Positions 1-9,047 of a stretch of 64,000 nucleotides of DNA are shown here, piece by piece (within the stretch, counting starts at the first letter, position 1; each line of letters starts with the position of its first letter). Origin of the DNA: a virus. The stretch is taken from positions 1 to 64,000 of the IMG/VR virus record IMGVR_UViG_3300044730_001822. One strand, given 5' to 3'. The position numbers and the translations under genes are program-made. Under the pieces are notes generated by a model, which was not told the DNA's origin, did no database searches, and saw only the letters and a list, made by a program, of their open reading frames with translations.

Positions 1-572
1 CGATTAGCACCGAATAAATTCAATCTTGGACCGCCTGCGACACCAAGTCCTTGAATACCAGCTTGCCAACCTGTCTGTGCGCCACCGGCTCCTGCAATTT
101 GTGTGACTATGTTACCTGTGCTGGAATCGTAAGCCGTGGCTTGATATTGAGCGCCGCCCGTTCCTCCATTATAAGCAATAGTAGCAAATGCATTAGCACC
201 AATGATACTGTTACCATTGGTGGTGGCAGTCCACGTTGTAAGATCGGTACTGTATCTTAGATTGCCGGTGCCAGTAGTTCCTGGGGTATTTGCGTAGAAA
301 GCGGCGGTTGCTGTTATTCCGTAATAATATGTTCCGTCGAATACCAAAGGTTGCATCAAAGGTTTGGTTCCAGTAGAACCTTCTCCATCCCAACTGGCTC
401 CATCGGCACTGACATAGATATTGCCATTTTGATCGCCTGTGATAAATCGCGATCCGTCAAACGACACGGTTCTCAGCGTGTTGGCATCCGCAATCGTGAT
501 TACTTGATCAGGCACCGACAGTGGTGCCGTTTCTATGCGCATTTGGTGGATTGTGGTACCGGAAATTATCAT
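1..572 (-). CDS. Partial (runs off window) virion/adhesin protein, Asp-box-like; tandem paralogue of 591..1673
   Basis: Not in the ORF track because there is no stop in the window. Manual translation from the ATG at 572 gives MIISGTTIHQMRIE...TLRTVSFDGSRFITGDQNGNIYVSADGASWDGEGSTGTKPLMQPLVFDGTYYY, open to position 1 and colinear with the 591..1673 protein. Confidence 0.85.
   Translation of the reverse strand, partial: MIISGTTIHQMRIETAPLSVPDQVITIADANTLRTVSFDGSRFITGDQNGNIYVSADGASWDGEGSTGTKPLMQPLVFDGTYYYGITATAAFYANTPGTTGTGNLRYSTDLTTWTATTNGNSIIGANAFATIAYNGGTGGAQYQATAYDSSTGNIVTQIAGAGGAQTGWQAGIQGLGVAGGPRLNLFGAN
367..475. repeat. Direct repeat, copy 1 (copy 2 at 1474..1582)
   Basis: 367-467 is identical to 1474-1574 (101 nt), followed by one mismatch and 7 more matches. 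Confidence 0.95.
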
Positions 573-590
573 TTTTTAGTAATAGTTATA

Positions 591-1673
591 TCAATAGCCG
601 TTTCTTATACACACATTGCCATTGGCACCCACAGCAACAAATTTTCCATCGCCATAGGCCAAGCTCCACCAGGCAAGACCGCCGTCTGCGGGTGCGATAT
701 TAGACCAAGTGTTGCCGTTGTTGTCACTGATCCAGATACCGTTGCAAGCAGTTTGAAAGAGGGGTCTAGTCAACATGGCCCAGGTATTGGTAGTATTGGA
801 AAAAGTCAACGACGTTGATAATCCTATTGAGTTGGGCCAGGATACATTTGCACGAGTCCAGGTAATACCGTCAGTGCTGGTTAAAATCACGTTAGCAGCA
901 AGTGCATCATATCCTTGAGGTGTGGCCATGAATATGCCGTTGCCGTAGGCAATGCTGGAATAATACTCGCGAAAGTTGCCTGTAAAAACTACATCACTGC
1001 TGGTAATGACATTGGCATTGGCCTGGGATATAATTTTGGTTCTAAATGTAACGTCAGATCCACCAGCTCCGCTGACATCATCGCATATTGTTACCCAACG
1101 ACCTGCTCCATAGATGTTTTTGCGTGGACCACCTGTGGAATCTCCAAGGTTAATGTCAGTGTAAACACCTTGCCAGGCATTGGCTCCTGCCAGCGTATTG
1201 ATCTGTGTCCGTATCACACTATAACCAGATTGAATGCCCAAGGCCTGATAAGGAATATTTCCCTGGCCTCCATTCCAGGATACTGTAATAAAATTATTGG
1301 CTGCAATATTGCTGTTACCGTTGTCGATGACTGTCCATGTGCTGAGATCAGTGCTGTATCTCGCGTTGCCTAGATCTGTATACCCAGGAAAAGGAGTAGG
1401 ATTAAAAATACCAGCAGCGGTGACAGCATAGTAGTAGGTACCGTCATATGTCAGAGGCTGTGACAAGGGCCGAGTTCCAGTAGAACCTTCTCCATCCCAA
1501 CTGGCTCCATCGGCACTGACATAGATATTGCCATTTTGATCGCCTGTGATAAATCGCGATCCGTCAAACGACACAGTTCTCAATGTAGCGGCGCCATCTA
1601 TGATTAGCGTTTGATCAGGCACCGTGGGGATGATTATCGCAATCTCTTGTAAATTGGTTCCGGAAATGTCCAT
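591..1673 (-). CDS. Virion/adhesin protein with Asp-box (BNR-like) repeats, probable beta-propeller
   Basis: Repeated S-x-D-G-x-[ST]-W motifs (VSADGASW, YSTDLSTW, TSTDGITW, ISDNNGNTW) and AYGNG/AYGDG blade motifs; TAAATA upstream. Confidence 0.7.
   Translation of the reverse strand: MDISGTNLQEIAIIIPTVPDQTLIIDGAATLRTVSFDGSRFITGDQNGNIYVSADGASWDGEGSTGTRPLSQPLTYDGTYYYAVTAAGIFNPTPFPGYTDLGNARYSTDLSTWTVIDNGNSNIAANNFITVSWNGGQGNIPYQALGIQSGYSVIRTQINTLAGANAWQGVYTDINLGDSTGGPRKNIYGAGRWVTICDDVSGAGGSDVTFRTKIISQANANVITSSDVVFTGNFREYYSSIAYGNGIFMATPQGYDALAANVILTSTDGITWTRANVSWPNSIGLSTSLTFSNTTNTWAMLTRPLFQTACNGIWISDNNGNTWSNIAPADGGLAWWSLAYGDGKFVAVGANGNVCIRNGY
1474..1582. repeat. Direct repeat, copy 2
   Basis: Matches 367..475. 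Confidence 0.95.
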
Positions 1674-1714
1674 GTTGTGTTCTTTCAGAGTTATTTATTG
1701 CGTAAAACGGCCAT

Positions 1715-1744
1715 AAAAAAACCGCGATCGAAATCGCGGTTTTT
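1715..1744 (-). terminator. Intrinsic terminator (possibly bidirectional)
   Basis: Stem ACCGCGAT/ATCGCGGT with a UUCG loop on the minus strand and A/T tails on both sides, directly after 1767..2180. Confidence 0.85.
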
Positions 1745-1766
1745 AGTTTGCTCCTGGGTCGTTGAA

Positions 1767-2180
1767 TTACGAAGCAGCCAGTTTGAAACCAACGTTTGTG
1801 GGTGTACCAACAACTTCGCCTGTGACGTTGGCAGCAGCCAATGCTTGTGCAGCATTGCCAAATGTGCCTGTGTCATACAGTGCTACTGAGAGGAAACCGC
1901 GTGTGTTGCCTGAACCTGCTACTGTGTCTACCTGATAGATAGCAACAGTTGTCAACTGCTGAATGCTCTGCAGAACGTTGCTGACAGCGCCGTTGACGCC
2001 CATGCCGCCTGCAGCATTAGCGCCTGCAACAGCAAACTGCCAAAAGTCCAGTTTAGGACCAGCGGGCTGAACTGTGTTGCCTGAGCCTGTGGAAATGTTG
2101 GTGCTGGAAACAGGACCGTTTTGTACGTCTAGTGCAAATACTGGTTGTGCATCACCATTGGTGCGTGTAAAAATTGCCAT
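1767..2180 (-). CDS. Small late virion protein (possibly abundant, decoration-type)
   Basis: 137 aa, A/G/N/V-rich, with its own late promoter, a strong AAGGAG SD and its own terminator. Confidence 0.6.
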   Translation of the reverse strand: MAIFTRTNGDAQPVFALDVQNGPVSSTNISTGSGNTVQPAGPKLDFWQFAVAGANAAGGMGVNGAVSNVLQSIQQLTTVAIYQVDTVAGSGNTRGFLSVALYDTGTFGNAAQALAAANVTGEVVGTPTNVGFKLAAS

Positions 2181-2221
2181 GATAAATCTCCTTGAGTATG
2201 TGACCTTTTTGGGTCTGCAAG

Positions 2222-2228
2222 TATTTAG
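2222..2228 (-). promoter_or_regulatory. T4-type late promoter (CTAAATA)
   Basis: The TAAATA core recurs upstream of about 20 structural genes in the window and resembles the T4 gp55 promoter TATAAATA. Confidence 0.7.
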
Positions 2229-2255
2229 CTATCAGGAGAAAAAATGGTGTTTTGG

Positions 2256-3053
2256 TTAGGCCAAACGGCCCATCATGGTGCGATACCAGCCAGGCGTGCC
2301 TTCTTGGATGGCCGGTAACTCTATGCCCTTGGGCTCTAGGTCAGCACGGGCCTGGGCGAGTTTTGCATCACGTTTGGGATCGTTTTGCAGTGCTGTTACC
2401 ACTGCTTCTACACCTGAGAGATCTTTGGGCGTGGCGCCAGGATACAATATCAATTCTGCTATTTCTCCAGGGTCAGTTGTGATCATTTCGCCTGTGGCAC
2501 GATCTTTCAAGCCATACTGTCCAGACCAAGTATAGCCTTGCGGATATTTCTTGTTGGCGCTGGCCTTGCCCAGGCTGTTGAGTATGATGTGCTTGACAGC
2601 ATCTTTGTACTGTGTGTCAGCGGCAGCACGTTTGGCAAATCTTGCCCATTCAATATTGGGTTCAAACATAAAGTCTACCTGCACAAATCCCAACTGCGGC
2701 TTGCCGGCCACAGGAGCCATGAAACTCATGGTTTCATATTCGGTGGGTTTTTTATCTTTGGTGTTACCACCTGCTATCACTAGATCGGGATCCATTTCCT
2801 GGCTCACTGCCCAGTTTTTTAGTATGCCGTAGAGTCGGGATTTGGGTGTTTGAGTTTTATCCACGGCTAGATCTATATCACCAGACTCGGCACGCAGACC
2901 CGTGCTGCCCAGCATATTGTCCAACAAGGGTAATCCTGTGAGTTGTTCCAACCAAAGCACTGTGGGCTTGACATCAGTCTGCTTTATGGTCTTGGTCAAG
3001 ACTTCGCCAGTCTTGGGATTTTTGAATTGGTTGCCGCCTTCTGCGAGAATCAT
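2256..3053 (-). CDS. Pol-beta-superfamily nucleotidyltransferase
   Basis: LGSTG-x5-GDIDLAVD (hG[GS]...DhD signature) and a third acidic residue in VQVDFM. Confidence 0.7.
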   Translation of the reverse strand: MILAEGGNQFKNPKTGEVLTKTIKQTDVKPTVLWLEQLTGLPLLDNMLGSTGLRAESGDIDLAVDKTQTPKSRLYGILKNWAVSQEMDPDLVIAGGNTKDKKPTEYETMSFMAPVAGKPQLGFVQVDFMFEPNIEWARFAKRAAADTQYKDAVKHIILNSLGKASANKKYPQGYTWSGQYGLKDRATGEMITTDPGEIAELILYPGATPKDLSGVEAVVTALQNDPKRDAKLAQARADLEPKGIELPAIQEGTPGWYRTMMGRLA

Positions 3054-3847
3054 AGGCGTTGTAATGCTTGATTTAAAAATGCTTGCCAGGTCTGTGGCAC
3101 CGGTTTATCTCTGGCATCCAGCCACTGTCCTTGATCGGTAAGACTAAACACATTTTTACGATAACTGGCCAACGTAGGAGCATTGCCAGTAGCAGGTTTG
3201 ATATACAGGCCTTGACCAGCATCTATCCAACCACTTGATTGCTGAGCATCTGCCTGTGGCTGTGCTGCCTGTGGCTGTGCTGCTTGCGGTTGTGCTGCTT
3301 GCGGTTGTGCAGATTGTGCTGTCTGCGGCTGTTGTCCAGCCGGTTGTTGTCCGTTGGGACCAACCATTTGTTTAATTGCACCAAGCATTTTTTCTTGCCC
3401 GGGATCAAAACCCAATCCTTTAAAAGAACTAAATCTATTCCGGCTCTGTGGATCTTCTCTTGATCCAACAGCCTGTGTTCCCAGATCTTGGAACAGTTTT
3501 CTAACCTGACCTGCACTGTTGCGCATCTGCGAGATTTTATTGATCACCGCTTCGATACGCTGTTTTGACCCAGCATCATATCGATCTAGATCGTACTTCA
3601 ACATGGTATTTTCAACAAAATCTCTTAGATAATCTGCATAAGTTTCAGGAGGAATATCGTTGGCGCTTCTTACACCTAGACTGCGTGTGATCTGTGGCAC
3701 ACGATTGATCCATTGTTTCCAAGCAGCATCTGACAGCGTTTTGGTATCTGCCTGGCTGCGGCGATTGGCCATAAACTGTTGAACCCCGGCCGGCATCATA
3801 CGACTTAACAATCCAGCTTCGCTGATATATATTTCTTTAATTTTCAT
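3050..3847 (-). CDS. Hypothetical protein, probable internal head protein
   Basis: N-terminus MKIKEIYISE resembles the T4 IP capsid-targeting sequence; Q/A/P-rich linker. Confidence 0.6.
   Translation of the reverse strand: MKIKEIYISEAGLLSRMMPAGVQQFMANRRSQADTKTLSDAAWKQWINRVPQITRSLGVRSANDIPPETYADYLRDFVENTMLKYDLDRYDAGSKQRIEAVINKISQMRNSAGQVRKLFQDLGTQAVGSREDPQSRNRFSSFKGLGFDPGQEKMLGAIKQMVGPNGQQPAGQQPQTAQSAQPQAAQPQAAQPQAAQPQADAQQSSGWIDAGQGLYIKPATGNAPTLASYRKNVFSLTDQGQWLDARDKPVPQTWQAFLNQALQRL
3251..3310. repeat. 4 x 15-bp coding tandem repeat (AQPQA)
   Basis: tgcctgtggctgtgc x2 followed by tgcttgcggttgtgc x2. Confidence 0.9.
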
Positions 3848-4082
3848 CTTGGCGCCTTATGGTTCTGCGGAAACGCTCGGGATCGCGGGTTCGGATGGCA
3901 TTGAGCAATTTGCGCTGTAGATTTTCCGCAGTTTCTGTGTCATAGGTACGATCTATCATTTCCAATAGATGTATGGCACTGTTGATGATGTTGCTGGCGC
4001 GGCTCTCCACAATATGGTGGCGATCGCGCTCCTGATACATTTCATCTAGTTCTTCTAATAAACTGCGAGTCTTGCGTTGCAT
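3837..4082 (-). CDS. Hypothetical helical protein
   Basis: 81-aa ORF downstream of a CTAAATA motif, overlapping the next gene. Confidence 0.7.
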   Translation of the reverse strand: MQRKTRSLLEELDEMYQERDRHHIVESRASNIINSAIHLLEMIDRTYDTETAENLQRKLLNAIRTRDPERFRRTIRRQDEN

Positions 4083-4116
4083 AATTGGTTCCAGCGATGT
4101 AATATTTAGCGACCCG

Positions 4117-5526
4117 TTAGTTTTTATTTTGTTTAATTGCCCCTAACATGGCCTTTAATTTGGTGCTTTGCACGTCGGCTGTGACCTTGGGCACGTCGTC
4201 AGAATCTGTGTTTGAAGTCAATACCTTGCTGGTGCCTTTGATGCTGTCCAGGATATTCACCGTGGGTTTGCGGAATGAGTTGGCATCTTCTTGCTCACCG
4301 CAGTCGCGTATGCGCAGGGTTTCTATGTTGAATTCCAAATCAATTTTGGAACCCACGCCCGAACTGGAACGGGTTTTCATTAACTGTATCTGATATCTGC
4401 CTTTTTCTCGCATGCTTCTGCTGGTAAAGATACCAAACACATTGTCTGCAGTGTTGATCTTGGAAATACCCCCAGAAATGTGACTGTGATCAAATTCAAT
4501 TTCTTCCACTGCTGAACGATTCAACTGCGATGCTGTGACAAACAGCACATTTAATTCTCTGGCCAGATTACGCAATTCTTCTGACACATATTTGTCCTTT
4601 ACAAACAGATCATTGGGCGATACCTTGGCTGATACTGGCATCAGCAAATCCAAATAATCCACACACATGAAATCTATTTTGACACCGCGTTCAATTTCAA
4701 GATTTTTTACATAGGCCCGTATGTCGTTCACTGTGCTCTGCGCCGGCATATACTTGATCATGAAATTACCAGACTTTTTCTGCAGCAGGCCCAGTTTCAA
4801 TTCCACATCATCGATGTTGCGGAAGATCTCTTTGCTGGCTATGTCAGTCATCATGGAATCCAGTCGCATGGAGCACAGACCTTCTGACAGTTCCAGCGTG
4901 ATGTATACACCACTGAGTCCGGCCATGACCCAGTTGGCTGCTAGATTCTGCATGAACAGACTTTTGCCCGACCCTGATCCTCCAGCAAAGATCTGCAGTT
5001 CTCCGCGATTGAATCCACCGTAGAGTTTGCTGTCAAGCACAGGCCAGCCTGTGCTGAGTTGGCCGTTGTTGCTCTTGATGGCCATGAGTCGTTCACGCAC
5101 ATTGTGGAAATAGTCTGTGCCCAGTTCACGTGCTAGGCACACATTGATGGCGTCTTTGATGATCTTTTCCACAGGACCAAAGTTGCCCTTTTCCAGCATA
5201 TCTGCTGACTTCAATATGGCACGCTCTAGTTCTCTGTGCTGTGTGAACTTTTCAAATTCAGCCAAGAACCACTCTTGGGTCACAGTGGGCCTGGGTTCAA
5301 GATCTACTGAAGTCTTGGCTCTCACACTGTCCCTGTCGGGCACCACTTTGTATTTGTCAGCGTGTTCTTTGATGAATGCGGCTGCATCGCGTAGTCTGCG
5401 ATCAAAGTTTTCAGGGTTGAAAATGTTCTGCACACGAGCAAAGCACTCGTGGTCCTGCACAGCCATCTCTAAAAAAAGACGCTGCATATCAATGGTGAAT
5501 TCAATTACTGCTGATTCGTTTTTCAA
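4117..5526 (-). CDS. gp41: Replicative DnaB-family helicase (T4 gp41-like)
   Basis: STGW..LD..L.GG, Walker A AGGSGSGKS, VDYLDL, TASQLNR. Confidence 0.93.
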   Translation of the reverse strand: MKNESAVIEFTIDMQRLFLEMAVQDHECFARVQNIFNPENFDRRLRDAAAFIKEHADKYKVVPDRDSVRAKTSVDLEPRPTVTQEWFLAEFEKFTQHRELERAILKSADMLEKGNFGPVEKIIKDAINVCLARELGTDYFHNVRERLMAIKSNNGQLSTGWPVLDSKLYGGFNRGELQIFAGGSGSGKSLFMQNLAANWVMAGLSGVYITLELSEGLCSMRLDSMMTDIASKEIFRNIDDVELKLGLLQKKSGNFMIKYMPAQSTVNDIRAYVKNLEIERGVKIDFMCVDYLDLLMPVSAKVSPNDLFVKDKYVSEELRNLARELNVLFVTASQLNRSAVEEIEFDHSHISGGISKINTADNVFGIFTSRSMREKGRYQIQLMKTRSSSGVGSKIDLEFNIETLRIRDCGEQEDANSFRKPTVNILDSIKGTSKVLTSNTDSDDVPKVTADVQSTKLKAMLGAIKQNKN

Positions 5527-6478
5527 TTTCTCTTCTCCTCAATTCGATTTTCAAACGACTGCGTTCTCGGCTGCGGAGTATAGAAACAAGGGTGGCGAGT
5601 CTGCCATGGCGGCATACAGCATCATTCACATCCTTGATGCTGGTGTCCCAAAGTGGCATACTGACTGTGAACCCTTGCTCCGCAGCACGTTCCGCAAGTT
5701 TCAAGCCAGCACTGTCTTGGTCTGGAATAATAATTATGTCTTTGTCAAGACTTTTAAGCATAGCTATTTGATCTTCGTTGAGATCATTGTGCATCAAGGC
5801 CACACCGCCGATGCTGAGCGCATCAAAGATGCCTTCGCACGCAATGACCACTTGATCTTGGGGCTGGACCGCATCTAGATTGAACACATAGCCTGGTTGC
5901 TGATTGCTGATGTACTTGGGCCGGCGATCGTCCAAGTATCTTGAAGTATGGCCCACTATGTGATCACGATATCTAAAAGGCACTATGATCCTGAAGGCTT
6001 CTCTGCCCTGTGCTTCAGGCGTGATCCATATGTCATCAATGTCAATGCCACGCGATTCACAGTAGAGTCTATAGGGCTCGTGGTCAGGATCCACAGGATC
6101 TATTTCCACTGCCAGTTCCGGCAGGCTCTGTTCTTCAAACTCAGGTAGCGGACGGCTACGGCGTTCCTGTGCGATTATGTCCTGTATGTCCCGCAGTTTG
6201 AGACTTTCCAACTGCTCACGTTTGATCTCTTCATCGGAGTATCCGGCCCAGGTCAGCAGGCGTTTGAGATTGTAACTAAAGGTCCTGCCCGGAGTGTAAG
6301 TGGTCTTGAAGCCGCAGTTGAAACAGTGATAGGTCCAGCCTGTGTCGTGTTCGATCACGCCACCGCGCCCCCGGCGATCGGGCTTGCCTTCGGTGTGCTC
6401 ACAGCAGATGGCATTGAAACTGCGCCAGCCGGACGCTGTGCGTTTTACTCTATTGATGCGGCCAAGTATATCTAGCAT
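5501..6478 (-). CDS. gp61: DNA primase (T4 gp61-like)
   Basis: N-terminal Zn-binding YHCFNCG, IIVPF, TOPRIM CEGIFDA...DQD...KDVND. Confidence 0.92.
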   Translation of the reverse strand: MLDILGRINRVKRTASGWRSFNAICCEHTEGKPDRRGRGGVIEHDTGWTYHCFNCGFKTTYTPGRTFSYNLKRLLTWAGYSDEEIKREQLESLKLRDIQDIIAQERRSRPLPEFEEQSLPELAVEIDPVDPDHEPYRLYCESRGIDIDDIWITPEAQGREAFRIIVPFRYRDHIVGHTSRYLDDRRPKYISNQQPGYVFNLDAVQPQDQVVIACEGIFDALSIGGVALMHNDLNEDQIAMLKSLDKDIIIIPDQDSAGLKLAERAAEQGFTVSMPLWDTSIKDVNDAVCRHGRLATLVSILRSRERSRLKIELRRREIEKRISSN

Positions 6479-6484
6479 CCTGTT

Positions 6485-6513
6485 ATTTTACAGGATAAAA
6501 TGGTGAGTGTCAA
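6485..6513 (-). promoter_or_regulatory. Sigma70-type early promoter of primase (leaderless)
   Basis: TTGACA-N17-TAAAAT-N6-ATG. Confidence 0.8.
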
Positions 6514-8102
6514 TCTCTGTAGAGTACTTGGGTTACCGAGTTGCCATAGATATTGGCAGCCACATTGGCATAGTAGGCCACATTTATGGGCACTGGTGGC
6601 AGTGCGAAACGGATGCGCACATAAGGATGATAGCCTTCGGCATTGAAATACTCTTTGCCATATTTGTTGTCGTAGTACTGCACATTGCCAATCTGATACC
6701 AATACACTGGCTGGCCATCATTTTCGTTGTTGGTAGGTTCCCAGGATCCCTGTAGTTGTACCACACCTGAGTAGTTGCGGAAGTCCACTTGGAAAGTGCT
6801 CTGTGGTGAACCGTTGCTTTGTATGATGCTGGTCCAGGCCACGGGACGATTCACACCATCAATGGCAGCGGTATTACCAGTGTTGGTCACAGGTATGGTG
6901 ATGTCTTCGCTGGCGGTAAATCTGGGAAACACTGAATCAACAATGTCCACTGAACCACGAGCAGTGGCTGCATCATCCACATAACCTGCTAGATACAGCG
7001 CATCGCCGCCCACTGTGGCCACTGCTGTGCCTTGTGACACAGTGTTGATGTTGCCGCCACCGGTGAGTTCAATGATGGGTGGCACCACATAGTTCTGTCC
7101 ACCGTTGCGTATGGTTATCACATCCAGTCTATTGGTTAGATTGCAAGTGGCCTGTGCTTGGCTGGTGGCACCACCACCGGTAACAGTGATAGCCGGTGCT
7201 CCGGTATAGCCACGACCAGCATTGGCCACTGTGATGCCTGTGAGCCTGCCTGCAAGATATGCCACTGCTGTGGCTGCAGTTTCAATATTGGCTGCACCTG
7301 GATTAAATGTCACAGTGGGTGGTGCATCATAAATGCCGGCATCCACTATGTTGATCTCTACTATGCTGTTGCCTGCGAATGTGATGGTGGCATTGGCTGT
7401 GTTGGCTGCTTGCAGGGCAGCGTTGGCGCCCAGACCTGGGCTGAACGTCACAGCAGTGTTGGCATCATCGGGATCATAGCCATCGCCCACATTGGTTATT
7501 TCCACCGATTCAACACCGTAGGTGATCTGTGCCAGGCCCAGGGCATTAAAACCTCCGCCCCCAGCGAATGTTACATTGGGAGTATGCGTGTATCCTGCTC
7601 CTGCATCCAATATCACGCACTGGTCTACTGCGCTAGTGATAGTGGCTGCTAGGCTAGCTCCGGTACCGGTGCCGTATACTGACACCGTGGGAGCCGAAGT
7701 ATAACCACGGCCACGGTCGGTGATACGCACTGATTTTATGATGCTGTTGCTGGCACGCTCTATGCTCCAGCTAGCGGGCTGTGCAGGAATAGCCACGGAT
7801 TCTGCAGCAGTGATTATGGCCCTGCAGGTACCCAAGCGGCTGTTGATGTTTTCCATCTGCTTGGCCAAGAGCAAATTCTCACCGTCGTTGGATATCAATC
7901 GCAGAGTAAAACTAAACAAGCTGATGTCCACTGGCTTTTGTTCTTGGTTAAGAAACTGAAAACTCAGGACGTTGTCTACACCTTTGTTGATGATAAGTTT
8001 CTTACTAAACACTGGACTCCACCTGTACGTTGTATTTAACTCTGTGTCAACAAGAAGAACGATGGATTTTTGGTCCACTAAATATGCTGAACTTGAGTAC
8101 AT
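6510..8102 (-). CDS. Virion structural protein with about five tandem Ig-like/baseplate-type repeats
   Basis: Repeats of I-x-x-x-G-x-G-Y-T-x-A-P-x-V-x-h-x-G-G-G-x-x-A-x-A; TAAATA 7 nt upstream of the ATG. Confidence 0.65.
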   Translation of the reverse strand: MYSSSAYLVDQKSIVLLVDTELNTTYRWSPVFSKKLIINKGVDNVLSFQFLNQEQKPVDISLFSFTLRLISNDGENLLLAKQMENINSRLGTCRAIITAAESVAIPAQPASWSIERASNSIIKSVRITDRGRGYTSAPTVSVYGTGTGASLAATITSAVDQCVILDAGAGYTHTPNVTFAGGGGFNALGLAQITYGVESVEITNVGDGYDPDDANTAVTFSPGLGANAALQAANTANATITFAGNSIVEINIVDAGIYDAPPTVTFNPGAANIETAATAVAYLAGRLTGITVANAGRGYTGAPAITVTGGGATSQAQATCNLTNRLDVITIRNGGQNYVVPPIIELTGGGNINTVSQGTAVATVGGDALYLAGYVDDAATARGSVDIVDSVFPRFTASEDITIPVTNTGNTAAIDGVNRPVAWTSIIQSNGSPQSTFQVDFRNYSGVVQLQGSWEPTNNENDGQPVYWYQIGNVQYYDNKYGKEYFNAEGYHPYVRIRFALPPVPINVAYYANVAANIYGNSVTQVLYRD

Positions 8103-8114
8103 AGTTATATATTT

Positions 8115-8492
8115 ATGCCCAATGATTTCCAGAATCTGTTAAAAGAAAAGTACCCGTTTTTGACGCTGTTGCGCTATGCTGGCACGGAATACGTGGGCAT
8201 AGTACAAAACTCTGATGACATCATTACCACCCTGTACGACTATGGCAGTATCGCTGATGCAGATCTCAAGGGCAATTTTGTAGAACTGGCCAATGTGTGG
8301 TGGTGGGAAAGCAATCGCAGCATACCCATCAACATTTTCCTCAAACAGGACTGGGAAATATTCCGTCCGTTTCTCAAGACTTTTATCAACAAAGACATTG
8401 AAGTTTTACTGGGACCTGTGACCAGTCTTAATGACATAGCCCGTAAAAAGATCAAGCGTAAGTCAATTACCTTGGTCAAGCGTGTTGACTAG
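8115..8492 (+). CDS. Hypothetical protein (late)
   Basis: 125-aa globular-looking ORF; TAAATA at 8079-8084; overlaps the DnaE-like gene convergently. Confidence 0.7.
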   Translation: MPNDFQNLLKEKYPFLTLLRYAGTEYVGIVQNSDDIITTLYDYGSIADADLKGNFVELANVWWWESNRSIPINIFLKQDWEIFRPFLKTFINKDIEVLLGPVTSLNDIARKKIKRKSITLVKRVD

Positions 8493-9047
8493 ATTCATAT
8501 GCAGTGCCACCAAGTGTGCGTAGGCCACTGAGTGGCTGCGTTTGAAATAATATCCATCCTGCTCGGCCAACCAAATACGTTCTGCAACTTCACGCCAGGG
8601 CTTGCCCTGTAAATATCGCTTGGCTGGTCTGATCACAGCAATAAACATGGCCATGCGTGCTAGGGAATCAACAGGTTCGGGCATACGCTGCAGTTGATCC
8701 CAGGCATTGTTGATATGCACGATCTTTTGCACAAACTGCTGATCCTGCAATCGCTGCCAGGGAGGAGTGGTGGCCAACATCTGATCATAGTGCTGTTGAT
8801 CCCGGATCAGTTGATACACTGTGTTGTTCAGCAGATCGATCTTGAAGTAACCACGCTGTTCGGCCTGTTGGTAATCTATGCTGGCATAGCCATTTAGGGT
8901 GTCTCGGGGAATGTGGGTGACATACACACCAGAATTGTGTCGCACCAACTGATCGTTTTTGCGCTGGCTGGCTGCTGTGTGATCGATCAAGGCCAGCACT
9001 TGATCGCGATTGGCCAGGTCAATGTCAATGTCTGCGGCGATTTTCAT
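8463..9047 (-). CDS. dnaE: Miniature DNA polymerase III alpha (family C)-like protein
   Basis: ADIDID (cf. PDFDxD), HNSGVY (cf. HAGGVV), GYFKIDLL (cf. GLVKFDFL) and YYFKRSHSVAYA (cf. YGFNKSHSAAYA), in the correct order within only 194 aa. Confidence 0.8.
   Translation of the reverse strand: MKIAADIDIDLANRDQVLALIDHTAASQRKNDQLVRHNSGVYVTHIPRDTLNGYASIDYQQAEQRGYFKIDLLNNTVYQLIRDQQHYDQMLATTPPWQRLQDQQFVQKIVHINNAWDQLQRMPEPVDSLARMAMFIAVIRPAKRYLQGKPWREVAERIWLAEQDGYYFKRSHSVAYAHLVALHMNLVNTLDQGN

Noticed and set aside
367-1582. The repeat pair as a DGR template/variable repeat
   Set aside because: Both copies are in-frame coding near the 5' ends of paralogues, they are essentially identical rather than adenine-mutated, and no reverse transcriptase is in the window.
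3251-3310. The AQPQA repeat as a functional array
   Set aside because: It looks like an ordinary low-complexity linker expansion.
8463-9047. The mini-DnaE as a pseudogene fragment
   Set aside because: Motifs from distant parts of DnaE are retained in order in one clean, coupled ORF, which fits compaction rather than decay.
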